A DNA stretch of 63,987 nucleotides, counting the filler, from Diploschistes diacapsis (taxonomy: Eukaryota): NCBI GenBank assembly GCA_023645945.1. It is 11 parts of 11 records of this genome, joined end to end, with 100 filler letters (N's around TTAATTAATTAA, not from the genome) between each part and the next. Parts side by side here need not be neighbours in the genome. Positions count along the whole stretch, not along the records: positions 1 to 26,263 come from JALAIB010000186.1; 10 more parts are not named here. The stretch is one strand, 5' to 3'. Made by a program: the position numbers and the translations under genes. The notes under the pieces were generated by a model. That model was not told where the DNA came from, made no database searches, and worked only from the letters and a program-made list of their open reading frames with translations. Position 1 is the first letter of the stretch; every line of letters starts with the position of its first letter. Shown one piece after another: positions 1 to 11,513 of this stretch.

Positions 1-44
1 TCAAAAAAAGCTACGCCATAATTAAGATTTTAAATTAAAATTCA

Positions 45-241
45 TAGAACGCCCCTACAGGAATACTACACAACCAGGGGCTAGGCCTGATCTGGAAGGA
101 TCACGTGTAGCTGCAATCTGTAGGCTGAATGGTTCAGATTCAAAAAGGTAAGGAAGGAACTATCTAGGTGGGAGTAGGGCACATATAAATAGTCTGGGTG
201 CCAGCCCTACTGCCCTAGGGGGTTCAACCCTTGAACCCACA
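45..241 (-). mobile_element. Degenerate solo LTR, related to the LTR at 28361-28559
   Basis: Colinear similarity to 28361-28559 (GGGGCT[A/G]GGCCTGATC[T/C]GGAAGG; AACTATCTAGGTGGGAG; GGGTGCCAG) inside AT-rich flanks. No clean TSD seen. Confidence 0.65.
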
Positions 242-1056
242 AACGATCAGGATGTTCCAATTCAGTCGCATTCGACCGGCGCGAAATTTAAGATTTATTT
301 TACATATGACATCTTTAATATGTGATGCATTCAATAGGCAAATGGTAAAGGACTTTTCATATCTTATAAGTTTGTAATTATTTAAATCGGCCATTTACGG
401 ACGCAAACAATAGTTTTGTAGTAAATAAAAACCGAACGAACCCGTAATTACTAAAATACGCTCTTCCACTTTCAGACTATAGAAGCTGACAGCATGCTAT
501 TAGCTTGACCTGAAGGGGTTTAGCGCTGCAGGCCAGCCCAAAGGGGTTTAACCTCAAGCTGGCGCCAGGGTCATAGTCTGAGGTCTTGGAGCTGGGGCGG
601 AAAAATGAGGTCCCGGTTATACTAACCGTTAACTTGGCGCTTGAGTTATAATATTACCGGAAAAGAGTAACACCGTGTAACAAACTGTTTTCTCAAACCT
701 TTTAAACAGCCCGCAAAAAAGTATATTGAAAATAAATATAATAACGGTCCGAATTAAAAGGACATCAATCCAATGCGGTCCCAGTACTGTCTACAGAGGA
801 GGAAAGTCTAAACTGATCTCATTTAGCTCTGATAGCATATCCTCCAGTCTAGGGCGTTTTGTAGACCTTAAAGTTTACACCATGGCAGAAGAGCAAGGCT
901 TGGTTGACGTAGACAAGGTCATTGATTCGACTGGAAGCTGCCTCAAGTCCTCTGCTGCCCACAAGCTTAGTCTTCAGTAGCCTGACTCAGGTATTCCAGG
1001 CCAATAACCTTGGCTGACTGAAACTGAACAACCGCATACTTGGCAGCATAGTGCTC

Positions 1057-1899
1057 CTAGTCAATCACAGGCTCTTTACGTGCTCCAAAAAAGTAGTTCC
1101 CATACTTTTCACTCCCATTCACCATCCTCCAGCCAAGTCCTGGCATGTAAACACATCCCATTGATTTCAAGCCACCGGGACCCGCCCAACCATCCTGCTT
1201 TCGAAAGAAAGATTGCAGCTCATGTTCGTTGATGTACTGATGCCAATCGTGTGTTCCTCTTGGGACTATCCCGATAAGATCCTCCGCAACAACCTTTGTC
1301 GTAAACCAGCTCGTCCATGTCCGCGCAATCGTACTAAGTACAAGCCATCCACCGGGCTTGACAAAGGGCAGGCAAGAATTCAGAAACGAAGACGGGTACT
1401 TGATATGCTCTATTACCTCCCACAAAGCAACAACATCATATTGCTCGTCGGCAGAAGCTGGCACCGGGAGATCCTCGATGCTCTTGTTCAAATACAACAG
1501 CCGCTCGGAGTTATGCAAGGTAGGATCTTGCCTTGCGTGTTCTTGGGCAACCTTTAGAACTTCGGGCGTAGGGTCAATTGCTGTTACGACTTTGGTATGC
1601 TCTAGCCTTGCAGCGCTCTCTGCAAAGATTCCTCCTCCACATCCAATATCCAGGTACTTTAGCTTTCCCCCAGTGGAGCCAGTAGATGTGGTCGAGAGAC
1701 AGGTGTTGATGAAGTCATGCCGTAGGGGGTTCATCAAATGCAGCAGCCTAGAAGAGCCATGAGGGTCCCACCAAGAAGATGCAAGTTTTCTGAAGTGAGA
1801 TACTTCCGTAGGGTTTACAGAAGAAGTCGAGTGCAAGCGGATGAGACCATGTCCATTTGGAAGCACTCTGAAGGCAACGCGGAAAGCCGACGGCCGCAT
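1057..1899 (-). CDS. COQ3: Ubiquinone biosynthesis O-methyltransferase, mitochondrial
   Basis: WWDPHG..RLLHLMNPLR, SAM motif LDIGCGGG, EVIEH, VKPGGWLVLSTI, GTHDW. Likely start MRPSAFRVAFR (presequence-like) at 1899. Intronless. Confidence 0.93.
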   Translation of the reverse strand: MRPSAFRVAFRVLPNGHGLIRLHSTSSVNPTEVSHFRKLASSWWDPHGSSRLLHLMNPLRHDFINTCLSTTSTGSTGGKLKYLDIGCGGGIFAESAARLEHTKVVTAIDPTPEVLKVAQEHARQDPTLHNSERLLYLNKSIEDLPVPASADEQYDVVALWEVIEHIKYPSSFLNSCLPFVKPGGWLVLSTIARTWTSWFTTKVVAEDLIGIVPRGTHDWHQYINEHELQSFFRKQDGWAGPGGLKSMGCVYMPGLGWRMVNGSEKYGNYFFGARKEPVID

Positions 1900-2187
1900 G
1901 TGCGCACTTTTCCTGCGTTGGTGTTGGACTAAATTGCAAGCATGATTGTGGGCTATCCTTTCGAGATGAAAGTGGCTCAAGCACGCATCAATGATGTTTT
2001 TGTCAAAGTTGTTTGGAAAGATGTTCACAAGCATAGCGTAAGCCGAAGTCAACACAACTACGTCATCGTCCAGGAAAAACATTCTCCCCAAAGAAGTATC
2101 TTACATTGAACAACCACAACCTTGAGGCCCTTGATGCGCGAAACTTTCGGGAGTAACAGTTGGCCTTGATTGTCAGCATGCTTCTTG

Positions 2188-3072
2188 ATGGCTCAACCAA
2201 AGCATCAAATACAGACGCCGCCAATCGTGTCAGTCTTGTCAGGCGGAATTGCTGGCGGCGTGGAAGCAGCATTGACATATCCGTTCGAGTTTGCCAAAAC
2301 CCGAGCTCAGCTTCGGAATAAAAAAGGAGTCGAGCCGCCTCGAAACCCGTTCAAGATTGTTAGCCAGGTGTATCGCCAAGAGGGGCCTCGCTCTCTGTAC
2401 AAAGGATGCTCTGCTCTTGTGGTTGGCAGTGTAGCAAAGGATGCTGTGCGGTTCTTGTCTTTTGATACTGTTAAGAACTCATTCGCAGACCCAGAAACGG
2501 GTGCACTCACACCCCTTAGAAATATGCTTGCTGGGATGACTGCGGGTGTGGTGGCTAGCATTTTTGCTGTCACACCCACGGAACGTATAAAAACCGCTTT
2601 GATAGATGATGCTAGAAGCCTAAAGCGGTACGACTCTTCTGTCCATGCCATACGGACTATTCTCAAGGAAGATGGGTTCATCGGATTGTATCGAGGATTT
2701 GCCGGAACCACGTTAAAGCAGGCTTCTACTACGAGCTTTCGTATGGGCTCTTATAATATCATAAAAGAGTTTGAACGGGCGCGCGATATCCCACAGAATG
2801 CAGTCATCAATTTCGGGAATGGTGCGATGGCCGGTACTATCACAACTTTAGCAACTCAACCATTTGACACCATCAAGACCAGATCCCAAGCGGCGGAAGC
2901 TACCACCACCCTCCAAGCCTTTACCAGTATCATGGGAGACGGCGGCATACGTGCCTTCTGGCGAGGGACGATAATGCGCTTAGGTCGGACCGTATTCAGT
3001 GGTGGTGTGCTATTCACGACAGCTGAAGCCATGGCCAAGATTTTGAATCCACTGTTCTCGAAACCTGACTGA
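2188..3072 (+). CDS. Mitochondrial carrier (SLC25), citrate/tricarboxylate transporter-like
   Basis: Three carrier repeats with Px[DE]xx[KR] signatures (PFEFAKTR, PTERIKT, PFDTIKTR). KDAVRF and KQAS segments resemble CTP1. Intronless. Confidence 0.9.
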   Translation: MAQPKHQIQTPPIVSVLSGGIAGGVEAALTYPFEFAKTRAQLRNKKGVEPPRNPFKIVSQVYRQEGPRSLYKGCSALVVGSVAKDAVRFLSFDTVKNSFADPETGALTPLRNMLAGMTAGVVASIFAVTPTERIKTALIDDARSLKRYDSSVHAIRTILKEDGFIGLYRGFAGTTLKQASTTSFRMGSYNIIKEFERARDIPQNAVINFGNGAMAGTITTLATQPFDTIKTRSQAAEATTTLQAFTSIMGDGGIRAFWRGTIMRLGRTVFSGGVLFTTAEAMAKILNPLFSKPD

Positions 3073-5383
3073 TGGATTAAGAGTTATGCTTTCTGTATAC
3101 GTACAGTATTCTCTACTGAAGCCAGTACCTTCCTATAGGCCTGAATTTAACAGGGCCAAAGACGTCGATAGGCTTGTCGTCTTCAATCCAAATAGGATTG
3201 CGATCTACAGTACGGTAGTAAATCCTCAAAGAGTCCTTCGCTCGTACCGAGTGGGTAGTTCGTTTTTCGAAGCCTCAAAGACCATCTTTCACGCCTTTTC
3301 GGGTTGTAGTCGACATGCTGTAAGAGAGCAGCAATGCCGAATTGGACGCACAGTCTTGCAAATCACACCACATATGAAGCACTCCGCCAATGTTGCTGTA
3401 CTATTTAGGTTTCAGATGCAGGTTGCTGGAAGCCTTCTTCACTTAGAAGTCAAATAGTACGTACTGCGAGTGATTCATTTGTGCTAGAGCTGCAGAAATT
3501 GGTTGATATGGAGAATGGACACGCTGTTGTTGACGTCCTCCGCTCACTTTAAGAGGGACAATTGTGACCATCTCTTCCATCTATACGAGCTTTAGCACAT
3601 CTTTTATATTATATTATCAAGGGCGCTATTCTAAAGGTTTAACAATATCTGGGTAGGTACCTCCATGTCAGAGCCAGAGACATCTCGAACCACATCCAGA
3701 AACGCTGCAAGCCATGGTCGTCCAATTGCTCGGTCTTGACTCCTGGTTCTCGACTCTACATCAACGCCGTGCATATCGCCACATATTACCTTTTTAAAAC
3801 ACATGTTCAGATTCTCTCTCTCTGTTTGTGTGTTATTGTCAATACACTCCGGATTTCCATTTGTCGGTGAAGTTACATCGGGTGCTTTAGTCTATTGCAG
3901 CAGCTTCATGCGGCGTCGTCTCGAAGTTTCGAAGGTCCAGATGTTGTCCCGAAACCTTCAGACCCCGGAAGAAACGTTTGACTCTTCTATTGCGGCTGGC
4001 TGGAGTCAGGCATGCAGCTCAAAGCGCTCTTATAATGGGCTTTGATCGATGATCTCATTGAACAAGACTTCCGCATGTGCTGGCCTACCCGCAACAGTGT
4101 CTACAAGTGGATATCTATCCTCCTTTCTTGCAGCATCTAAGCCAGACCTCTTTCTTGCCAGGTAGCAAAGCACGGTGTCAAAGCATTCTTTACGTTTTTG
4201 GATAACTACAACTTCGGTGGAGCCTGTCGATTGGGCCAGAAAGCCTTCAAATCTTCTCTGTTGTAGTGCGCACTCGAGTAAGATAGGGGTACAAACAGTC
4301 AACATCTCACAGAAAGTGATGACCTTGTGGCTGAGGGATGGATATACTAGTCAGGCTAGGCTGCTAAAGTGCCATTTGCTAGTTCAACTTCGAACATTGC
4401 TGTGCTCTTCAGGATACCTGTCGTCAATAAACGAGACTATCTAATTGGGCGAAAGTACATCCAATCGCCAATTTTCCGCGTTATGATGATGGGTCTTGAT
4501 TACGGAAACCACCTTAAGTTTCCTTTACGGCTTCGTGGCTTTATTGCTACTCGATGTCAGGAGAGATCATATCATGTTGATGCTGGCGGACAAGGATCTG
4601 TGTGAAGCTCAAAGAACTATTAATTATTCAACGCCCCTCGAGCTCTACCTCTTCCAGGACCCTTTTGCCAAATGCTGGCCCTTGAATTCAATAAAAAACG
4701 AGGCCGAATCTATCCACAAAGCGGAATGAGAGATTCATGCTTTTACTTGTCGTTTGGCCCTGAAATACAGAATGCTGGCTCTGATTGCGATAAGTTGCTA
4801 CGGCTTTCAAAAGCCTGTTACTGATTTATCGGTCGAATTAACTTCTACTTCTGAAGTACGTTGTCTGGCATAAAGGCCATGTTGAATAATACATAAGCCT
4901 AAGATAGGTGGGGCTTATGGCCTAATAATGCTAATCACAAGCGACAGCTTTCGATCGTACGGCGCCCAAGCTCTCAGCATGTCCAAAGCCTGTCATTTAC
5001 CCTTCTTCGAGCTGTAGAAAAGCGAGCATTCAGGGGTATCCTTATAACCTGCCTATTGGGGAAAAGCTGGCCTTATCGGACCCCGCCCAGCACGCTCACC
5101 ACAGCATCATTGCTGGTTCCAGACCCACCGAACGTCAATACCGTGGCATTGATCTTAACGGCAACCTGTTCCTGGCTGTGGATAGGGAAAGCACGATGGG
5201 TCTTTTCTTGCATCAGCTTCTCGTTCGGGGAGCTGATATGCTAGATCACTATAGGCAGTCGCAATTGGCCATGATGGCCGCAAATATAAGAAGCCAGACC
5301 GGCTCAAACTTCCATGTGTTTTCATCCTCAATACCGAATTTTCATACTTGGGTGTCGCGGTCTGTAACTGCTCATCTTCCATC

Positions 5384-6932
5384 ATGCGTTTCCTCTCCCT
5401 CCTCTCTATCGCCACTTTAGCTTCCGCCCAGAGCTTTACTGCTCTCCATGGCGCTCTCTATGGCTCAAACCAAAGCTGGGGCTATAGCGCTGACTCCAGT
5501 TGGCCCCAGTCCACGGTCGGACAACCATTAGTACCGCAAGCGCCTGATGCCGAGCTGCAGTCGATGCTGGCTGAAGTCAGCAGCGACCGGGTCAAGAACA
5601 TCGTAACAACGCTTGCCAATTTCGGTACGCGGCACACGCTATCGATGCAGAACAGCTCGACGCGAGGGATCGGCGCGGCGAGGAACTGGCTTCTGAAGGA
5701 GATGCAGACGCTTGCCGAGCCGTCGAAGGGAAGAATGGAGGTGTTTTACAACACCTATATTCAGGGCGTTACCAAGACGATTCTGTTTCCGGTGAACGTT
5801 ACGAATGTGGTTGCGAGGATCAACGGGTCGAGTGATTCTAATCGAACGTATGTGGTGACGGGGCATTATGATTCAAGACGAATCAACATCTTGGATTACA
5901 CCAACGACGCACCAGGGGCAGACGACGACGCAACAGGGGTAGCGGGTAAGCCAGGACGACTCTGAAGGATGCATGGACACCGCAGACTGACACCCTCCCA
6001 CAGTCGTCCTCGAACTGGCCCGCATCTGCGCCACCAAGCAGCCCAGAGCGACCATGATCTTCGCCGCGACAGCTGGCGAGGAGCAAGGCCTGTACGGGTC
6101 GGCGCACCTGGCGCAAACGCTCAGGAACGCCTCCGTCAACGTCGAGGGCAACTTCAACAACGACATCGTCGGCACGGGCTCCTTCCAGCCCTTCGCGCCC
6201 ATAAACAACTACACGATCCGCCTCTACGGCGCCTCCTACCTCTACCCGCAAACCACGACGGGCAGCCTCCTGCGAGAGATCGGCATCATCGGCGGCGAGA
6301 ACGACTCGCCGGCGCGCAACCTGGGCCGCTTCATCGCCGAGGTGGCCGCGGGCGCGATGGCGCACGTGGACATGCAGGTCGCGCTGATCTACCGGCCGGA
6401 CCGCTACCTGCGCGGCGGCGACCACGAGAGCTTCCTGTCGCAGGGCTTCCCCGCCGTGCGCTTCACCGAGGCGGTCGAGGACTTCACGCACCAGCACCAG
6501 GACCCGCGCGTTGCCAACGGGACCCAGTACGGCGACCTGCTGCAGTACGTCGACTTCGAGTACACGGCGCGCGTCGCAGCCGTCAACCTGGCCGGCATGT
6601 GGAGCGCGGCCAACGCACCGGCGCTGCCGCGCAACGTGACCATCAGCACCGTCGTCGGCTTCCCCGCGGCGTCCGAGAGCACGCCGCTGAGCGAGGTGAG
6701 TAACGACAGCCTGATCACGTGGGCGACGGGGAGCGATGCGCTGGTCGAGAGCTATGAGCTTGTGTGGCGGCCCGCGGGGAATCTGCAGTGGACCCACAGT
6801 TTGGACGTCGGGAATACGGGGTCCGTGACGGTGGATCTGAGCAAGGACGATGTGCAGTTTGGGATCAGGGCGGTAGGTGCGGACGGGAAGAAGAGTCCGG
6901 CGGTGTTTCCGCTGCCGGCCGGGGCAGTGTAG
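5384..6932 (+). CDS. Secreted M28 family zinc metallopeptidase with C-terminal Fn3-like beta domain
   Basis: Signal peptide MRFLSLLSIATLASA; motifs GHYDS, GADDDATG, GEEQG, DIVG, GGDH. Intron 5946-6003 (GTAAGC..CTGAC..CAG) joins the two ORFs in frame. Confidence 0.9.
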
Positions 6933-7783
6933 GGGGAAGGGATGACGCACTGGGGTTCAAGCATGCATGGGGAAAGGACTTATGGTAACGTGGTTTGGAT
7001 GAGGAGCAATGACGGAATGGATTGTATGTGCATGTTGCGATGAAGAATCCATGGCCACTTCACTATGACGGAAAACGTAGTGCCAGATTAACAGCTGCGG
7101 TTGATTCAGCCTCATCCCTCCTCCCCGGGGCAACAGGCAATGAATAGTAATTAGCTAGTTTGTATGCAAGCTGAAGCGCCGCTGACCAACCAGACAGATC
7201 CGCATTGTACCTTTACCCGTAAGCATCAACTCTAAAAAGAGAAAGAAGATTCGGCCCTTCTGTCTCCTTGGGGAGCGCTTCACATAACCCAACCCAGCCA
7301 TGGCGCTAACGAAGCTTTAAGAGAGCTTTAAACGTAGTAAAGCAGTAAAGTAGAGCAAAGCTTGCATGCTTTGGAGCTTGGCGCTTTCAAGATGGGACGG
7401 GAAGCCATGGCTTCAGTCTCGGCTTGTCTGTGGGGAAGTATCTGCGCGGCCGGGGGGATCGCAAGCTGGGAAGAGGCTAATGGCCACTCTTCCTGATTCG
7501 CAAGAACTGGTGGATATATCACTTTGTTCTTCGATATTCTGTTGTTGATAGGTGAGGAGACCAGTGAAAGAAGAATGCATTCTCTGAATGGTGTTGTTCT
7601 TTCAGAGGGAATGCGCCACAAGGACTCGGACAAAGAAACATGCTGGCAAAGACCAAGAGTAAAGCACAATGTCCGTTTGGACGTTTCAAAACCTCAGAGA
7701 ATTATAACTAGAAGCTCTCCTCTTCACGCGCATACCCTCCGCAACAGTCATCAAAGACTAATTGGAAATCCTCGACAGGTACG

Positions 7784-8188
7784 ATGTGCGTTATCTCCAA
7801 CAGAGCCTTCTGTCAAGGCTGCAATCGCGTGACTACCACCAAGGCAAGCATCGCTTACTGCAGCAAGGAGGCAGGAAAGAGACCCGACAAAATCGACACC
7901 AGGGCGCCCTTTCACAACATTCATAAGTCCTGCCCCGACCTGACATATACCATTGCCATTTTGGCGGACGATGGACACTGCCGGACCGTCGCTTTGGAAG
8001 CAGAGGAGAAGCGCAGCCGTCCAAATCTGTATAAGAGAACCGACTCGGGGATTCGACGGCCAGCGCTCTTGGACAGAGTGGTCTCGACAATCACGAGTAA
8101 GAAGGCTAAGTTGATGCTGCGCGACTTGAGGTCGTCCGGTAGGTGGGGTAGCAGCGGTTCGACCGAGCTTCTAATACCACGCGAGTAG
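7784..8188 (+). CDS. Hypothetical small protein with Cys-rich N-terminus
   Basis: 134-aa ATG ORF starting MCVISNRAFCQGC with further Cys residues and a basic tail. No family recognised. Confidence 0.45.
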   Translation: MCVISNRAFCQGCNRVTTTKASIAYCSKEAGKRPDKIDTRAPFHNIHKSCPDLTYTIAILADDGHCRTVALEAEEKRSRPNLYKRTDSGIRRPALLDRVVSTITSKKAKLMLRDLRSSGRWGSSGSTELLIPRE

Positions 8189-9044
8189 AAGTCCAGCTGG
8201 CCGTTAATAGTAGTAGATACCGAAATAGCAGCCCCATTACCCCTACTCTCACCTTAAGATTTGTAGAGTGCCTGTCGCTCTAAGTATCTCGATAGATTTT
8301 GCGGACGAGTTAGCAAAGAGTGCGATGGTTTGATCAAAAGCTTCCAGATGCGATGCTCTCTTGCTTGTACTTCCACCAAAATCCGCATGTGTTTTTCCTA
8401 CCGACCGAAGATCAGCTTGCAGTTCTGGGCGTAGTAGAGTTCCAATCGTAAAACTAGCAGTGGTTCTTGCACCCTTTTTAGTGGCACAGGGAGTACCCTA
8501 TTCTTGAATTGTAGATTGTACAAAACCCACAGGTTTCCTATTCCTCTCCGTTTGGATATTTGATTCTTCGCTCGTTCTCGAAAACTCGAGCCATTCTATT
8601 ATTACCTGTCGGCTTTGTCGCTGACGTCCCCATCGCTACATCCATACATGCTTGACATTTGATGTTCTTGCCATGCCATCGTCCGGACTCAAGTCCGAGC
8701 ATATCGAAAGGGACCATGCTAGGCAATGTCAGATATTCGTCAGCGCTTCGATCAGTATCCATTAAAGATTATGGATTGATTATACCACAATTTTTCATTC
8801 CTTTGTCAGCGAAACTTGAGAAAAACCCCTCTGGAGCCCGAATTATTAATGTGCCCCCTCGATACGGCTGGGCGAGTTGAGGGGCAGGAACCTTTATTTA
8901 CTTTTGGATCTCGCCATTCTTTTCTCTGCAAATTCTCGCTCAAAGCCATACTCAAACACCGCGATCGCTGTGCTTTTGACATTGTCGCTTCTCTCTCTTC
9001 TTTGCCGCTTATCTTATCAAGACTCCCAATCGCCAATTGCAGCC

Positions 9045-10496
9045 ATGTCGCTTCCAAGCAAGATGAAAGCTCTTCTGTACGTCATAGGATGTCACGCGGT
9101 GAAGAAGCCGTTGCTGGCCACTGAAGGCTTCCAATTGCTTCGAAAGAGGGTCGAATGCTGATGTTAACTTCAACGCAGCTACGAGAAGCCACGCGAGTAC
9201 AAGGTCGTGGAAGTCGATCTTCCCAAAGTTCGGGATAACGATGTTCTGGTGTATGCGTCAAGCGTCGCGATTCCGCCTACAAGAGACTCATATGACTGGT
9301 TGTAGCAAGGTCAAGGCCTGCGGTGTCTGCGGAACCGATCTTCACATCCATGAGGGCGAATTCATTGCTCGGGTAAACTCGGTCGTAACAATGAATGCAG
9401 GCAGAGCTGACAGGAGCCGTTCTAGTTCCCTTTAATTCCAGGGCACGAAGTTGTTGGCGTTATCGCCGCCCTCGGAAAGGACGTCAAGGGTTTCAAGGTC
9501 GGCGAACGGGTCGTGGCAGATGTCTCCGTAAGATATTTGTCAGAGACAAGAGAATATCCATGGCTGATCACATAAGGAACTCTGTGGTGAATGCTTCTAC
9601 TGCCGCAGAGGAGAGCTATTGCTCTGCGAGAACTTCGAATCCCACGGTGTCACCTTGCCCGGTGCCTTCGCCGAGTACTGCGCCTACCCCGCCGGCAAAG
9701 TCTTCACCATCCAGAATCTCTCCGATGTTGATGCTACACTCATGGAGCCGGCCTCTTGCGCTGCGCACGGCTTGGACAAGATCTCTCCAAAGCAAGGCTC
9801 TAGTGTCTTGCTTCTTGGGTCTGGTCCAACCGGTCTTATGCTTGCCCAGCTGCTTAGGCTGAACGGTGGCGCGCACGTTGTCATTGCCGCCCCGGAGGGA
9901 TTAAAGATGGACCTTGCAAAGAGCGTAAGGCATTTTTAAAATTGTCAACATCCACTTCCAAGGCTAACATGAACCAGCTCGAGGCTGGGGACGCCTATGT
10001 TCCTCTTTCACGGCAGGACTCGAGTAAGCTTTGCTCAGTGTCATTCGAGGATAAGGTCTAATCCCTGCCCAGAACCTCAATTCGATCAGATCAAAAAGGA
10101 CAACCCACACGGTTTTGATATCGTTATCGAGGCCACAGGGAGCGTACAGATACTTGAGGACGCCATCAACTACGTGCGCCGAGGTGGTAAGCTTATCGTA
10201 TACGGTGTATACAGCAACAAGGCCCGCGTGTCGTGGCCGCCATCCAAGATCTTCGGCGATGAAATCACCATTCTTGGCTCCTTCTCCGAAACATACCAAT
10301 TGTGAGTTTCTTTTATAGCTGATTGGAGACAGTCATGCTAACTTGCGGCAGCCCGAACGCCATTGCTTACCTCGATAGCGGTAAGGTCAAGGTGCACGGT
10401 ATTGTGAACAAGACATTCAAGATCGAACAATGGGCGGAGTGCTTGGAATCGATGAAGAATAAATCAGCCATCAAGGCTGCTATTGTGTTCGACTGA
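9045..10496 (+). CDS. Zinc-dependent MDR alcohol dehydrogenase, D-arabitol dehydrogenase-like
   Basis: Seven GT-AG introns (about 9077-9178, 9251-9305, 9373-9425, 9528-9577, 9925-9977, 10025-10071, 10302-10351) give a full protein with CGTDLH, GHE, structural-Zn CGECFYC..C, GSGPTG and C-terminal IKAAIVFD. Confidence 0.9.
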
Positions 10497-10667
10497 AAGT
10501 GCGAATGCTCAGGATATTATATTAAGAACAGGTGCCACAGTCGGATAACGTTGTTATGAGGAAGAAAAGTATATAAGAGATCCGCCAACTGCTTAGATCA
10601 ATTGAAGGGCCAAGTTTTCCAAAATTGAATGGCCCTAATAAGATAGGACTTAGTGCCTGGAATATAG

Positions 10668-11513
10668 TTACCTACGCGGCCTCTTCTGGAATTGAATCAT
10701 CGGTAGCATTAACAGGCTCTCGAGGTGGTGGTCTAGGATACTGAACAGTGTTAGCAAATGAATATTGTAGCCTTCTGTCCTCTCAGATTTTGATAACATA
10801 TCGGAATGTCGACTCACATCTCGAGTAGAACCAGCTGGTCTGGTCACAGTATAGCTCGTAGCAGGTGGTGCAAGCTGATTGCGCGGGTTGTAAGGGTCAA
10901 GAGCTCCAATCCCCCAATGACTTGAGAGCATACCTTTGTTGGTTATAATTGTGCTCGTGCAGGTAGCCACATTACAGAACTCACTGTGTGCAAATCTATG
11001 TTCTGCTTGAACTACTTCTCGAGCCAAGGGCGCCGCAGGATGAAGAAGCACTTTCCGGCCTTTGGTGGTATGATTGCTCGTAATATCAACACTCTCCGTC
11101 GTAACCTTTTCCATCGGGGAAGTTCCGTTGGACGTCGCAGGTCCGAGATGGGAGGAAGGAAAGTTTGAGTAAGGACTCTGAGGGATCCCCATGAAAGCAT
11201 CATCAGGAGTTTCCGGTGATGTAGCATTGTCACGATGCTTCCTCTTCTTCTGGTGAGCGTATTCAGACAGTTCACGAGCAAAGTAGAGTAGGTCTTCGTG
11301 GCTTAAGTTTGCTCTCAATTCCTCGATCATGAAACGTAATTCACGGGGGTCCCGATTAGGATCGTCCAGAATATCAAAGAGCGCGTTGCAGACTTCTTTC
11401 TGCCTGCTTGGTTCCGTTGGCCAGGCAAAAGGATCTGGGTCTTCTGGTTCTGTCTGAACGCCAACATCCCTATATGATGGTGCAGAAGCGTGGTGATCGC
11501 GCGACAGAGACAT
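10668..11513 (-). CDS. Hypothetical protein (281 aa), helical N-half and S/T/P-rich C-half
   Basis: Long ATG ORF with good context (ACTACAATG), divergent from the caspase-like gene. No recognisable family. Confidence 0.55.
   Translation of the reverse strand: MSLSRDHHASAPSYRDVGVQTEPEDPDPFAWPTEPSRQKEVCNALFDILDDPNRDPRELRFMIEELRANLSHEDLLYFARELSEYAHQKKRKHRDNATSPETPDDAFMGIPQSPYSNFPSSHLGPATSNGTSPMEKVTTESVDITSNHTTKGRKVLLHPAAPLAREVVQAEHRFAHSEFCNVATCTSTIITNKGMLSSHWGIGALDPYNPRNQLAPPATSYTVTRPAGSTRDVSRHSDMLSKSERTEGYNIHLLTLFSILDHHLESLLMLPMIQFQKRPRR

Noticed and set aside
5883..6950. Long antisense/alternate-frame ORFs over the M28 gene (likewise 43054-44073, 45520-46532, 46377-47120, 30246-31094)
   Set aside because: Shadow ORFs caused by high GC and codon bias of the real genes.
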